Of a DNA stretch of 64,000 nt, positions 52,301 to 64,000 are shown one piece after another. The translations under genes and the position numbers were made by a program. The number at the start of each line of letters is the position of its first letter. Position 1 is the stretch's first letter. The stretch covers positions 12,586,001 to 12,650,000 of the forward strand of contig NC_081331.1 in the NCBI RefSeq assembly GCF_022539665.2, read 5' to 3'. A model generated the notes under the pieces. The model did not search any database. It saw only the letters and a list, made by a program, of their open reading frames with translations, and was not told where the DNA came from. The stretch is from Daphnia carinata. Taxonomy: Eukaryota.

Positions 52301-55300
52301 TCTCTTCCTTCTCTTCTATGACGATTCTGATTCCTTTTTTTTTTTATTTATTTATACAACCCTCCTGGCCTCACAGCAGCGCAGCCCTGATACATATAAT
52401 AGTGGGTGAGTGGTCCGACAGTCCACACGGACAGTCGGGATTTTCTCTTTTTTTCTTATCCCTTTATATTTCTTTTTTTTTAACTGAAAAAAAAAAACTC
52501 CCCTCTTAAAAAGGCCTAAATTATACACTAGCTTGACCGACTCGCATTAGCGGCTTACACATCATATGACGCCATAATTTCTTGCTATGCTGTACGGTCT
52601 GTCAGTCTCTGGCGACATCTACTCTGATACATTTGTGTATAATTCCTTGAGGTATCCATGGACCATCTCTTTAAAAAAAATGGTATATACAAATGTATTA
52701 ACAATATGACCGGTATTATTTCTTCCATAATATGTATTAGCTATACGTGTATACATGTCGTTGCAGTTGCCCTTTTGCGACGGATTTTAATACTTCTGAC
52801 TTAAGCTAAAGTATATGGGATTGCAACTCAAGTTTAAAACAAACTTTTGGCAGAGCACTTACAATTCTCTAGTTACTAACTGAACATGAAAACGGAGAAC
52901 AATCCATCTGCCGCGTTATATCCTTTCAGTACAAAATGGATTGGGAAATTATAATATTATACTCTGAATAAGAAAGAATGAGAGAAAACTAAAGATCTAG
53001 ATCTTGAAAGAGGTGTAGTATCGATACATGTTATCGACCATCAATGCGCGTCGTCAGGTTACGGTTGGGGTGCAACAGTTCACTATTATCTCTGTAATCT
53101 GACCGGATAATGTACTCCAGCACACCGGATAATAGAATTTTCGCTCTGTTGCTATGGATGCCTTCTCTATACATGCAACAACAGCATTGCACTCGCCCAA
53201 GATGCCAAGGTTTCAATCAAATGCTATTATCGATTTCTTTTTTTTTCATTTATACACAGTCCATTGGGTTCCAAGCAGATCGTCTTTTCATCACCAGTAA
53301 AATCTTAGATCTTGTTTTTTTTTGCCTATGCACACAAATCCGTGTGCAGCCAATAGCGAACACATTTACAGATGCAATTTAACCAATATCAGCTAGATAT
53401 ATATCTATTCACGTAATTGTATGGAACACTCACACTTACGGTGTATAGCGCAGCTTTATGCAGAACAATTGATTGTGTAGAGAAATGATCAAATGGTGGC
53501 CATTCGTCGTGTCGCCCTCCCCCCCTTTTCATGTCGCAAAAGCTTTAACAGTAGGATAAATGATAGGCCTAAGTATACAGACCCAAATCAATTATACGCA
53601 GAGCTGGCGCAACAGGGGAACATCAATATAAAAAGCTCGTTCTAAATAAAAACCCGATTGAATCAACCTTTTTTTTTTTTTTTTTTCATAGAGTCCTCTG
53701 AAGCCCCAATTTCCATCCATAATAACGGAGTTCGTATCTGAAGGCCTAAACTAATTTTGCCGCCTTTAGGCCGCCGTTGGCTACCGTTGTCTATACAGTT
53801 TTGAATCAATTCAACTTTAAACAAAAACAACATACGATGGCGAAACAAAATTTAAATTTCATTTACTGTCCAACCCCTTCTCTGTCCGCAGTTCAAAGTT
53901 TGTAATTTCTCCGTGTCGGGCCTGCATAACAAGTTTTCGTGACGGCTCATTGGCGATGGGAAACGGAACAGCAGCCAACGCTGCCGTCCGCCAAAACTCC
54001 CAAAGTGAAACAGATCACCAAGTCTGTCTACAGCAAACCGCTCCATTTGATCAATACCTTTAGTTCAGAACAACATCCCACGTATCTATTCGAATGTGAC
54101 TCTCATCCTCTCACTTGCGTGAAAGTTTAAAAAAAAAATCTTCACTTCTCTTTCTTTTGCTGAACAGATTCGTTTGATTTCGACATTTTGTGCGGGATGG
54201 TATTACGCCAACAGAGCGAGAGAGACACTTTCAAACGGTTGGGATGTTTAAAAAATAAAAACTAAAATTGGAAAATGAAATTTAAAAAGAAAAATGGAAA
54301 GAGAACAGAGAGACTAAGGACTTCAGAGTGGTCCCCAACGTTTCCGACTTCATATTGAAACTTGTGTCGACACTTTAGAGCGTTATCAAAGCTGCTAGGA
54401 AATTGTTATTGAAAGATTAGAGAGAGAAAGAGAGAAAGAAAGCGACTTGAGCTAGAATAGGGAGCCATTTGAAAATAAAAAAAATAGAGAAAAGGTACAG
54501 TCTATACATTTATAAAAGGGGTTGCGTTGCAAGTGCGCACCGCACGCTAAGAGACGTGAGTGTCGGAGGGGAGAGATGGAAAAGCAAAGAAGAACGGAGC
54601 CGAGGGTGAGAGGGCTTTTAGCCCAACGTTCAGTAGAGCATGTCGCTGCAGCTTAACTCGATCAGGAGCGGCACAGTGGCGGGGTCTAAAAGCAGGAGCA
54701 AGCAAGCGGCCTTGTACATCTATCGACGTCGACGACCACTGTGCAAGAGATGGATTCTTTTGTTCCGAGTCCACTAGCCCACCCCGCTCAAACCTGATTT
54801 TGACAGATCAGCTCAGTCCTTCCCAACCAATCATTCTCTCTATCTCTTTCTCTCTTATTCCGACTCGTTCATCTCTTCGTCTCCCGCTTTCGTTCTGTCA
54901 CTTTCGTTCGCCTTCGATCCCTTCTTTCTAGAGCTAAGGTGAACCCGGCAACAGCAAGTCACCATCAGCAGAACTGTAACCGACATCGGCGCACACGCAA
55001 CTTCCGATTCGAAATTACGACGACTTGACTTTAATCAACTTCTTTTTATTTGACTATTTTTACCGCTGGAAAATCAAAGCAGCTAGTTCACGAATAAGGA
55101 AATTCTGATCGTATTAACCAAATCTTTATACCATCAAGAAAAAGGAAAAACGGTGCGCACGAGAATGAGGGGGAGGACATTGTCGTCACGGCTGCCGATG
55201 GAAAATGTTTATTGACATCTTCTAGGAGGGGGAGGAGGAGGAGTTCATAATAACAACTCCACGACCGCACACACACTCTCTACCGGGAGGCAGGAAATAA

Positions 55301-55649
55301 CAATGGAAGTAAACGAGAGAGCGAGAGAGAGAAAAGAGAGAATTGCTAAGAGATTGTGCGTGTGTGCAGGAAGAAGAGCGAGGATAAAGAAAAAAAAACC
55401 GGAAAATAATAATCAATATTCATAACATCCGCCAGTCATGTTCGCACGAGGGGAATATTATTATATTGATGTTGCAAAAAAAACAAAACAAAAAAAGGGA
55501 ACAAACAAAATATGAAAGATCTTGCTCAGGTCGGTAGTTAACGGATCAACCGGTTAAAGATGAAAAGAAATCAATTAATTCTAATGGAAATCAAGAGTAA
55601 ACAAACAAAAGCTTTGAATAATGCCTAATCTGAGGAGATGATAAGTTCG

Positions 55650-58600
55650 CTAGGACGAGTTATCATTCGACGTCTTGACCGTGTTCTGCGTGGCGTTAAG
55701 GACAGTGCAAACGAGGTGGACCGCCCGGCCATCGTCGCTGTTGACATAATCCTCCACCATCTGTTCGAAAGCGGCGAAAAACAAAACTGGGGTTAAGACA
55801 AATCCTTGCCCATATCGAACCGACTGGCAGTTCGATTGACTTGCAAAATAGCCGTTTACAAAATTCATCGGCATTATATGCATTTATGTGTGCATACTTG
55901 GTAGCTCATCTCCTTTTGAAGTACGACTCGATTTGCCGGATTGTCGTGGCAGCAGGCCAGCAGGGTGGGCAGGAGTATGGCTCGCAGAGCTTTGTCGGAG
56001 AAATAGCCGAACGGCAGGCGACAGAGTTGCTGTAGCACAGAAGGCATGTGACCAGATTGGAGAATCATCTGAATAAACAACAAAAAACCACATCAGCTAT
56101 CGCAAAGATCCCATTCAAATTCAAAACAGCGAAAGCGGATGAAAAATCGCTAGAGCCTGATGCATTTTCGTTTTTCTTGATTTGCAGGTGTGCTTACTTT
56201 AAGAGGCCTTAAAAATACATCCATATGTGTCGCACAGTTTCTATTTATACGTACTTGGTTGTCGTGGTGGCCAGTAGCGAAATAACCGATGCAGAGGATC
56301 GTCAGGTTGAGAAGATGGCCGACGGGTGACTGCACATTAACGCCATACCATAGGAGAAAACTTGCGATGTGGCGAAACTCGAGCGAAACTCCTTCAGCTC
56401 CCAAGATAGCCTTCGAATACCAATGGAAACATTCAAGATTAGCGTTGGTAATGGCTCCATCAAACGGGGGAAAGTGAGGCAAAAGGAAAACGTATCGACA
56501 ACGTTGAAAAATACTTGGAAAGTGGTGAGGTCGAGAAGCGCCAAACGGTAGATCAATTGGAGTGCCGCGACGGTGAAGCGGATCGTGTTATCGGCCAGCT
56601 CGGCTGGACGGCCGGCAGACGATGAAGGCGCGCCTTGATGGAGCAGCAGACCATAAAGGGCGTTGACGACTCCGGCCAATTCGGTCATTTGAAACGCTTC
56701 GACCAACTGAGTCGTGTCCGTCGTCACGACAGCCGATTTGCCCTTCTTCGACTGGCCCTTTTTACAAAGATGCAGCAGATCGACAAGCGAGGTTAGGAAC
56801 TTGAGTGAAGCCAAGAGTAGGTCGTTAGAAGCCGATTGTTCATCCAGCAATGGGCCTCCGACTCCGCCAACGTGAAAAGCCAAACGATCAACCAGCCCCA
56901 ACGATACAGCGTAACTGCAAAGACATTAAAATTCGGGTCAATGCAATTTCTTCATACTATTTGCATCAACGATAAATTACCTGACTAAACTGGTAATGCG
57001 AACTGGCAAATCTGAATTGGACTGGGCGCAATTTTTTTCCGAATTCGACAGAATGGGTTCAACTATCGCCATCCAGGTATTCATGATAGCCGCTAAAGCA
57101 AAGACAAATCACGGTGGTAAGTCAACATGTCACTCAACGAAATGCTCCGAAACTGGCACATACTTGCGACAGCGTCCGACATCGGTAAGACAGAAACGCA
57201 AAGCTGACCGGAGGCTTGAATTCCATTACCATTTCCTTCCAGAATCTGTGGAATTCCAATATTTCGACATGAATTTTTTTTTATTTTCCGGGACAATAGA
57301 ACAGAAACACGAACCTCTAGACGTCGAGCGAGTATACTTAAAAGCAACGGAGTGGCTTGGCTATTGATGATGTGAGTTGACATCTCCAGGTTGGAACGGG
57401 CAGCTAATCGTAGGCAGTTAACTGTAGAGAGGATAATTCGAAGCGGGGAAGAAGCTCGACCTTGTTCTTGTTCCGTTTGGTAAGAGGTCAGCATGTCTCC
57501 GACTACACTGACGCCACGCTGGACACCAAACACGAGCTGTTCAGTCGTCGATCCCTTTTCCAACAAGCGAACTATTTCGCCCCAATGACGATCGTGAGCA
57601 GCTGGATCGCGTTCCAGTTCTTGTAGAATGCGCGAAATGCGATGTTTATTGGCGCCTTCGGGCGGCACGAGGCTCGACTCCAACGCATTGCGTTGCATTA
57701 CTTTTGATTTCAATTTCTTGGCTCTCTTTTTCTGCGCTTTGGCTCGCTTTTCTTTTTCGGTCTCCGGTGCGGATGCATTTTTGTTTGTTCCTTTACCAAC
57801 ATCTCCATCAGCGGCTTCTTTGTCAGCCGCATAATTGACGTCAACAATGAACTTCAAGTTGGAGCTTTCCGACTGCTCACGTGATGGCTCCTTGCCGCCG
57901 TAGTGGTTTTTAAGCGCTTCCATATGCTTTCTTCCTCCGAGGTGACTCATTAGAATCACTTCGCTGTGAATCTGAACGTCACAGAGAACACACAGACGCG
58001 CAGTTTCATAGTGAACGAGACGCGGTGCGTCATCAGCCCCGCCAGCTGAAGAAAAGCGCAAAATGGACAACTCCAGGGCTTTTTGGCGGATCTGTTCAAT
58101 GTTTTCTTCGTGACGGCGTGCCGATTCCTCTTGTTTCTGCTGAATCTTGCGCTGCAGCTGAGACTGTGAGGCCTGGTGTGCCGCCTGTAAAGCGGACATC
58201 CGCTCCTCTCGATCGCGCTGTTTCTCTCTGGCCAGCTCTAATCTTTCCTTCTCCTTCTCTTGGTGTTCGCGATCTATACGCTCTTCCCTCTGCCGGCGCT
58301 TTTCTTGGAGTAAGGCCACTTTGGCCTGCCGTTCTGCTTCCAACGCCCTTTTTCTCACTTCTAGAGCCTCTTTGGCCTTATTACGCTCTTCCTGTCGTCG
58401 TTGCCTTTCCTCCTAGAAAACAAAAAAAAAAAAAAAACCTGATAAAGTAAGACGATCTGAGTGGCACTCGAGATGAACGTATTACCTGAAGACCTTGAAT
58501 GCGCTCTTCTTGCGTCTGAATACGCGCAATAAAATCGTGTTGTTTGTTTTGCGCCTCGATCGTATTAATAAACGCAATTTCTCTTTTCTTGGATTCCTCA

Positions 58601-61057
58601 TCGTGAGCCTTTTTTACTATCTCAGCCAGATGTTTTTGACGTTTTTCTTCGGCCCGTTTCATTTTGCGTTCCAATAGTAATTTCTTTTCTTCAAGCAATA
58701 AACTCTTGGCTACGCGGACTTCTTCCATTCGTTTTGTCAGCTCGCGTCTCTTCCGCCTTTTTTCCTCTCGGAACGCAGCTCTGTGCTGTTGAGCTCGAAG
58801 TTGTTTAGCCTCGTGCTGTTGAAATGTCTCGCACGGTTCAGCCGTGCGCCGACGTGACGGAGAGCTTAGTTTCTCGTGAACTTGGAGAGCACGACCTGGT
58901 TGACGAGCTCCATCCATCGCAGCCACCTCTTCCAGTTGATCCAGTAATTCCATTTGCTCAGCCCAAGAGCAGTTTTCCAGCAAAAGATGGTATTTTTCCT
59001 CCAACACTTCTCGTTCAACTGGCACCCTATCTGGAGTGATTCGGGGAATGCCTTCCGGAGTAGATGCCTTTGAAAAATGTGGCCATTATTTAGTAATAAA
59101 AACTCATATGTAATTCAATAATACGACATACTGGTGTAACATTGATTGGATCATCCCAAGCCTCGTCCCCTTCATTATCCGATCGTTCCGTTTCACGAAT
59201 TTCTCGTTGAAGGTTTTCTTCTTCAATGGTTAGTGCTTCCTCCCTGCGGGCCATTTCTGCCTCTTCCTCAGCCACTTCCGCTGCCTCCTGGGCTTCATCT
59301 TTATCCTCATCACTGGACGTGATAATTGATTCATCATAACTGGATTCAAGAGATACGACCGGGTTAACAATAGCAGCAATAGGAGCCAATTGTGCCTGTG
59401 GAGGTTCCTGGTGAACGGGTGGAGAGGAAGCAGGGGCTGGCTCTTTTATCGGTTCTTTCTTGGGAGCTGGTGCGGTACGATCGCAAAGCGAAGGTAGTGA
59501 TTGGGCTGTCGAAGGTTTTAGAAGTCCAGAGCGAGCCAATTGTTGGCGATTGGTTATTTTGGCTGAATGTCTTGCTTCCAACCGGGAACCGTAAACCATT
59601 GTGGACGCTCGGGTCAATACGGGGGTAGGTTTCGCTGGCGATGTCCTAGAACGCGTTCGACCTCGCACAGTCTCCCATCCGTCGTCAATATCCGTTTTGG
59701 TTGATGTTGCTACAGGTGGTGCGTGTGTTTGTTGACGTGCAACTGAAGCTTTAATGGTCGCCTTGGATAGCGGCTCTGGTTTACTTGGCTTGTTCCGAGA
59801 TAGTTGTTGCGAAAGAGGGACATTTTGAACTCGCTGTGCCCAACTTTGTGCTTGAGTCGACTGAGTTTTGGTGATAGAAGATAGTTGAGCTTTGTGCGAT
59901 GAACCCTGCAACGGAGTTCTTGGCGTCGCACATTGTGACTGAACTTTATTTGCTAGACTTAGAGACTGGACTTCACTATTCACTGCATTTTTACTAGCTT
60001 TTCCTACTTTCCAGACTGGTCCAGATTTGGGCTTGATAACGGTGACTCGAGCAGTGCTAGCTTGTTCAGCTGGCTTGCTTGATTTGGCCTCATTGCCTGT
60101 TTTGCTGATGGTTTTCCGTGCAGCAGTCGGTGTAGGTTGGGGAACTAATGGGATTGTAGGTAGTTTCGGTACAAGGCTTTCGGCCGCTTCACAAATCGTC
60201 TGTATAGGATATTCAGTTGTTATTAGCGCTTTTGCTTCCATTGCGGTTGACGCAAAGAATGATGAGGTAGAAGATTCTTCTTCGAAGTTCAGAATTCGTC
60301 TAGCTAGTCCAGCAGGAGTCTTTTGGAGCTGACCCATTATAGAAGCACAAGAAGGCTAGGAAAAGGAGTAAGAAATTGGGATAAGAAAACTGACAAAATA
60401 TTCGTAATATAAATATGCAAACCTTTGCAGGAGAAGATTTTCTAACTTCCCACGCAAGTGAGGTCGGACGTTGAGGAGCAGGTGTCTGTTCATAGTTCCA
60501 TTTCAATCTCAACCATTCAATCAAGTTCCTGAAATCTTTTGTACATGATTCTAATATCATGATAGCTTCTTTGCACTCTTCAACACTTTCATCAGATTCA
60601 CAAGTCAAATAAATCTCATCAACTGCTCTCCTGAGATTTTCAAACAGCAACCCCCAATAACGAGCCTGCAAATCTTAAGAAAGACAACCCATTATACTGA
60701 AACCGAAGCATTAGATGGATAATTGCTTTTACCTGATTTTCTATCTCTCCCAGCTGATGCAGAGCGAATTCTGGAACGAGAGTTTTTCAGCACAGTGACT
60801 AGTTTGGGAACTTTGTGTTCTAATCGTACCAATAATGATTTGGGGTTTACAGGTGGCTTTCTCACAGGCACCTTTGTACCTGTTACAAGAACTAAATAAT
60901 TCTATCTTCAGCATTTAATGATCTCATACTTACCAACATCTACAGCCATAGTACCCTCGTCAACACAAGGGACATTGAACGCCAGAATATTTCTTGCTGA
61001 TTTTCCTTCTTCTCGGACGAGTAATCTTACTTGTTCCAAATCGTCGAGGGTGGACAT
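55650..61057 (-). CDS. SCAPER: S phase cyclin A-associated protein in the ER (SCAPER/ssp3 orthologue), ~1485 aa; exons 61057-60934, 60879-60733, 60673-60423, 60355-59132, 59067-58486, 58412-57315, 57245-57164, 57092-56981, 56914-56515, 56410-56255, 56068-55898, 55760-55650
   Basis: N-terminus VRLLVREEGKSARNILAFNVP. SCAPER_N block DLQARYWGLLFENLRRAVDEIYLTCESDESVEECKEAIMIL...RPTSLAWEVRK. RxL cyclin motif ARRILNF, GWETV motif, HEKLSSPSR and a long Glu/Arg/Lys coiled coil. C2H2 finger CVLC-x12-HLGGRKH. C-terminal LGAEGVSLEFRHI and PSVLQQLCRLPFGYF. The 11 GT-AG introns are phase-consistent; total 4458 nt. Confidence 0.96.
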
Positions 61058-61659
61058 TTTTTAAGTGTATGATTTCTATTTCATTGATTTCCAATATTAG
61101 AATACAAGGATTTAAGAACTCAATACCTCTATTGCAGTACAAATAATTCCTAAACAAATAATAATTTTACTAGGCAATATGACTTTAATGATCCATCAAA
61201 ATCTTTTAGATGGTCAAACTGGGCATGTAATAAATTGCAAGAACCTTTTCTGAAAAAAAAAACACCTTAATTCAGTCAAGTGGACGAAGACGATCCACGA
61301 TTTATTTTTCGTCGTTTGTTTATTCCCAAGGCCATCAAGCGGGTGTTTTTCACAAAACAGTTTCGGCAACCTGCAATAACAATGGTTCTCAATTGTTAAT
61401 TTTTTATACTCACGAATTCTAAACAGCGAAAACTCAAGCCCAAAATTCTTTTATTTATAATTCTAATAAAATGGAAACAACGTCCCGTTAATATTTTTTA
61501 CTTTTTAATTTTAATTATTAATGGGGTTTTATTAGTTGCGGAATCCATTTCGTTTTCGTTTCAGCTTTCTGCCACTTCAACCGCGTTTGGTTAGTGTTTA
61601 CATTTTTTGAAGCGTGACGACAGATAACACTAAAAAAAAAATAGATCCATTAATTAATA
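61058..61659. promoter_or_regulatory. Shared divergent (bidirectional) promoter and 5' UTR region of SCAPER and the arylsulfatase
   Basis: The start codons are head-to-head, 602 bp apart. A minus-strand gtgagt donor near 61410 suggests an untranslated SCAPER exon. Confidence 0.6.
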
Positions 61660-64000
61660 ATGAATCATTTTCAAGCATTTACTTTTTCAGTTCTCTTGTT
61701 GCCAGTTTGGGGTTTCACAGCTAAAATCCAGCAACCCAATTTAGTCTTCATCTTAGCTGATGATTTTGTAATAAGAATTCAGTAATATCAAACTATGCCG
61801 GCCACCTGTAGGCTGCAAAATTCAGATTTCTTTGTCTAAATTATCTAATATAGGGATGGAATGATGTCAGTTTCCATGGTTCCAAACAAATACCAACTCC
61901 AAACTTGGATGCCCTGGCATTCTCAGGTGAGTCAAACGATTTATCAAAGGTATTCTCAATAATGGGACTATTCTTAAAATTTGCTTTTTAGGTCTAATTT
62001 TACAAAACTACTATGTAACTCCTCTCTGCACTCCATCAAGGAGTGCTTTAATGACTGGAAAGCATCCAATCCACACAGGTTCGGGTGTCAGTATGTAATA
62101 CTTCCTCTTGCCAAGCAATAAATTGAATATCTTTATAGGAATGCAGCATGATGTGCTTTATGGATTTTCAAGATATGGTGATTTCTTTTTCTCCTCACTC
62201 AACTACTATTTGCTGTTTTACCTAAAATTACACAATTATTTATTATATTCATTAGGATTACCACTGTCAGAAACCACTTTGCCTGACCATCTGAAATTAC
62301 TTGGTTACAGGAATCATATTGTCGGTAAATGGCATTTGGGTCACTACAAAAGTGTGTACACACCACTTCAGAGAGGATTCGACTCCCATTATGGGTATTG
62401 GACTGGACACCAAGACTATTACGACCATACGGCTGTCGAATCGGTAAGAGCAGCGAATGAATCCCTTTTATATATTTGTTTTATTGTGGTTATTGTTAAA
62501 TAATTTTCGTTGTCAAACTCTATAGAATGCTTGGGGTTACGATATGAGGAGAAATAATTCCGTGGATTGGTCTGCGTACGGAAAATACACGACTACAATT
62601 TTGACAGACGAAGCTCGTGACGTAATAACTAAACACGACGTTTCGAGCCCCCTGTTTCTCTACATAGCCCATCTCGCCGTTCATTCGGCCAACCCATATT
62701 CGCCTTTGCAAGCGCCTGAAGAAACGGTAAAAATGTTTTCTAATATAAAGGATCTCCAACGCCGAAGATATGCAGGTAATTTGTTATTTATTATGATTTG
62801 AATTTAATTCAGATTTATTAGTCACTTCTTTTACGTCTTAGCCATGGTACACGAATTGGACGTTTCCGTTGGTAAGATTGTAAAAGCCCTCGGAGATAAA
62901 AATATGTTGCAGAATACAGTCATCGTCTTTAGCTCAGACAACGGTGGTCCCGCTGCAGGCTTTAACCAAAACGCCGCGTCCAATTGGCCTTTAAAAGGGG
63001 TAATACATTTAAGAGGCCACTAGAAAATGTTATTCATTCTATATTTCACGTTTTACAGGTTAAAAATACTCCTTGGGAAGGAGGAGTCCGGGCTGCTGGT
63101 CTAGTATGGTCTCCTTTGATTCCATCCCCGCGACGAGGCCAAGTGATGTCCAATCTGATGGACATATCCGACTGGCTCCCAACACTTTATGAAGCCGGAG
63201 GTGAGTCTCAGCTTACTCCGCAAGTAGCCTGACCAATTGTTTGAGCACTATTTCCAATCCAGGTGGCAATGTGGCGACTCTAAAAGGATTGGATGGCGTA
63301 AGTCATTGGGGTACAATCCTATATGACAAGCCATCTGCGCGTCATCACGTACTTCATAACATTGATGACCAACTTGGATACGCTGCCATTAGGAAAAAAA
63401 ATTGGAAACTAGTCAAAGGTAGGTGCCAGATCTATCACACTATCACCTAGATAAACAACAGAGTTTGTCCTGCGATTTAAAGGAACCACTTACGATGGTT
63501 CTTGGGATGGCTGGTATGGGCCATCGGGGAGGACGAACGATAGCTGTATGCATTCTTTTCATAGCATCGACGACGCTAGCCCGATCGAAAAGAAACAAGT
63601 AGGAAAAATATTCTTGTGAAATTGGCAACTACTTGATCATAGGTCTTTTGACAGTTACTGAAAAGTGATGCTGGCCGCTATGTTTCAAGGCTAGGAATGT
63701 CTATGACAAATAATCTTAATCAGCTTCTTGAAGATGCTGAAATTAAATGCGGTGAGAGACCGGTCGATGCGCACCCTTGTTTACCGTTGGATGCTCCTTG
63801 CCTTTTCGATATCGATCAAGACCCTTGCGAGTACAATAATTTAGCGGAAAAACTGCCTGACATTGCCAACGACTTGCTCGAACTACTAAACTGGTATAAT
63901 TCAACAGCGGTCGCCCCCCTTAACACATTGCCAGATCCTATGTCTAACCCGAAGTACTGGAACTATACGTTTACAAATTGGGCGGACTTTGAACAGACAT
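61660..64000 (+). CDS. Arylsulfatase B/I/J-family formylglycine-dependent sulfatase (3' end runs off window); exons 61660-61767, 61854-61926, 61992-62078, 62139-62177, 62256-62443, 62526-62775, 62842-62999, 63059-63200, 63263-63418, 63483-63598, 63655->64000
   Basis: Signal-peptide-like N-terminus. Motifs [25 protein letters not shown], the catalytic signature [35 protein letters not shown] and [11 protein letters not shown]. The ten GT-AG introns are phase-consistent, giving 554 codons within the window. Confidence 0.95.

Noticed and set aside
52992..53026. 14-bp palindrome AAGATCTAGATCTT and a nearby DRE-like TATCGATA
   Set aside because: A few palindromes of this length are expected by chance, and no associated gene start is visible.
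18300..55600. Numerous 60-170 aa ORFs rich in poly-Phe/poly-Lys in the intergenic region
   Set aside because: They are translations of A/T homopolymers and microsatellites, with no domain motifs or consistent splice structure.
1..64000. CRISPR array, rRNA, intact transposase/reverse transcriptase or prokaryotic defence system
   Set aside because: No regularly spaced direct repeats, rRNA motifs or such ORFs were seen. The DNA is spliceosomal-intron-containing animal sequence.

Overview
Eukaryotic, intron-containing, homopolymer-rich animal DNA. The 55-70 bp introns and the protein sequences suggest an arthropod, probably a Daphnia-like branchiopod crustacean (inference). Three recognisable genes were reconstructed by hand from splice sites. 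(1) The LIM-homeobox gene islet/tailup lies on the minus strand, with five coding exons between 3623 and 18249; its ATG-bearing first exon was not found. (2) SCAPER/ssp3 lies on the minus strand, with 12 coding exons at 55650-61057 encoding about 1485 aa. (3) An arylsulfatase B/I/J-family sulfatase lies on the plus strand from 61660 to beyond the window end, head-to-head with SCAPER. About 37 kb with no recognisable genes separates islet from SCAPER. This is the ancient Islet-Scaper microsyntenic pair, here in tandem orientation and with tiny SCAPER introns. The first 2.8 kb is a distinct block containing two divergent degenerate tRNA-like units, a densely hairpinned GC-rich ~350 bp element (unassigned structured RNA or mobile-element part), an unidentified short-intron gene or pseudogene, a convergent pair of CTCF-like motifs and a 26-bp inverted repeat. 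Notable islet features are a distant-branch-point acceptor, an in-frame alternative donor adding 50 His-rich residues, and a poly-Gly expansion inside the Lhx3/Lim3-binding domain. No CRISPR array, rRNA or prokaryotic-type system is supported. Most short ORFs in the track are low-complexity noise.
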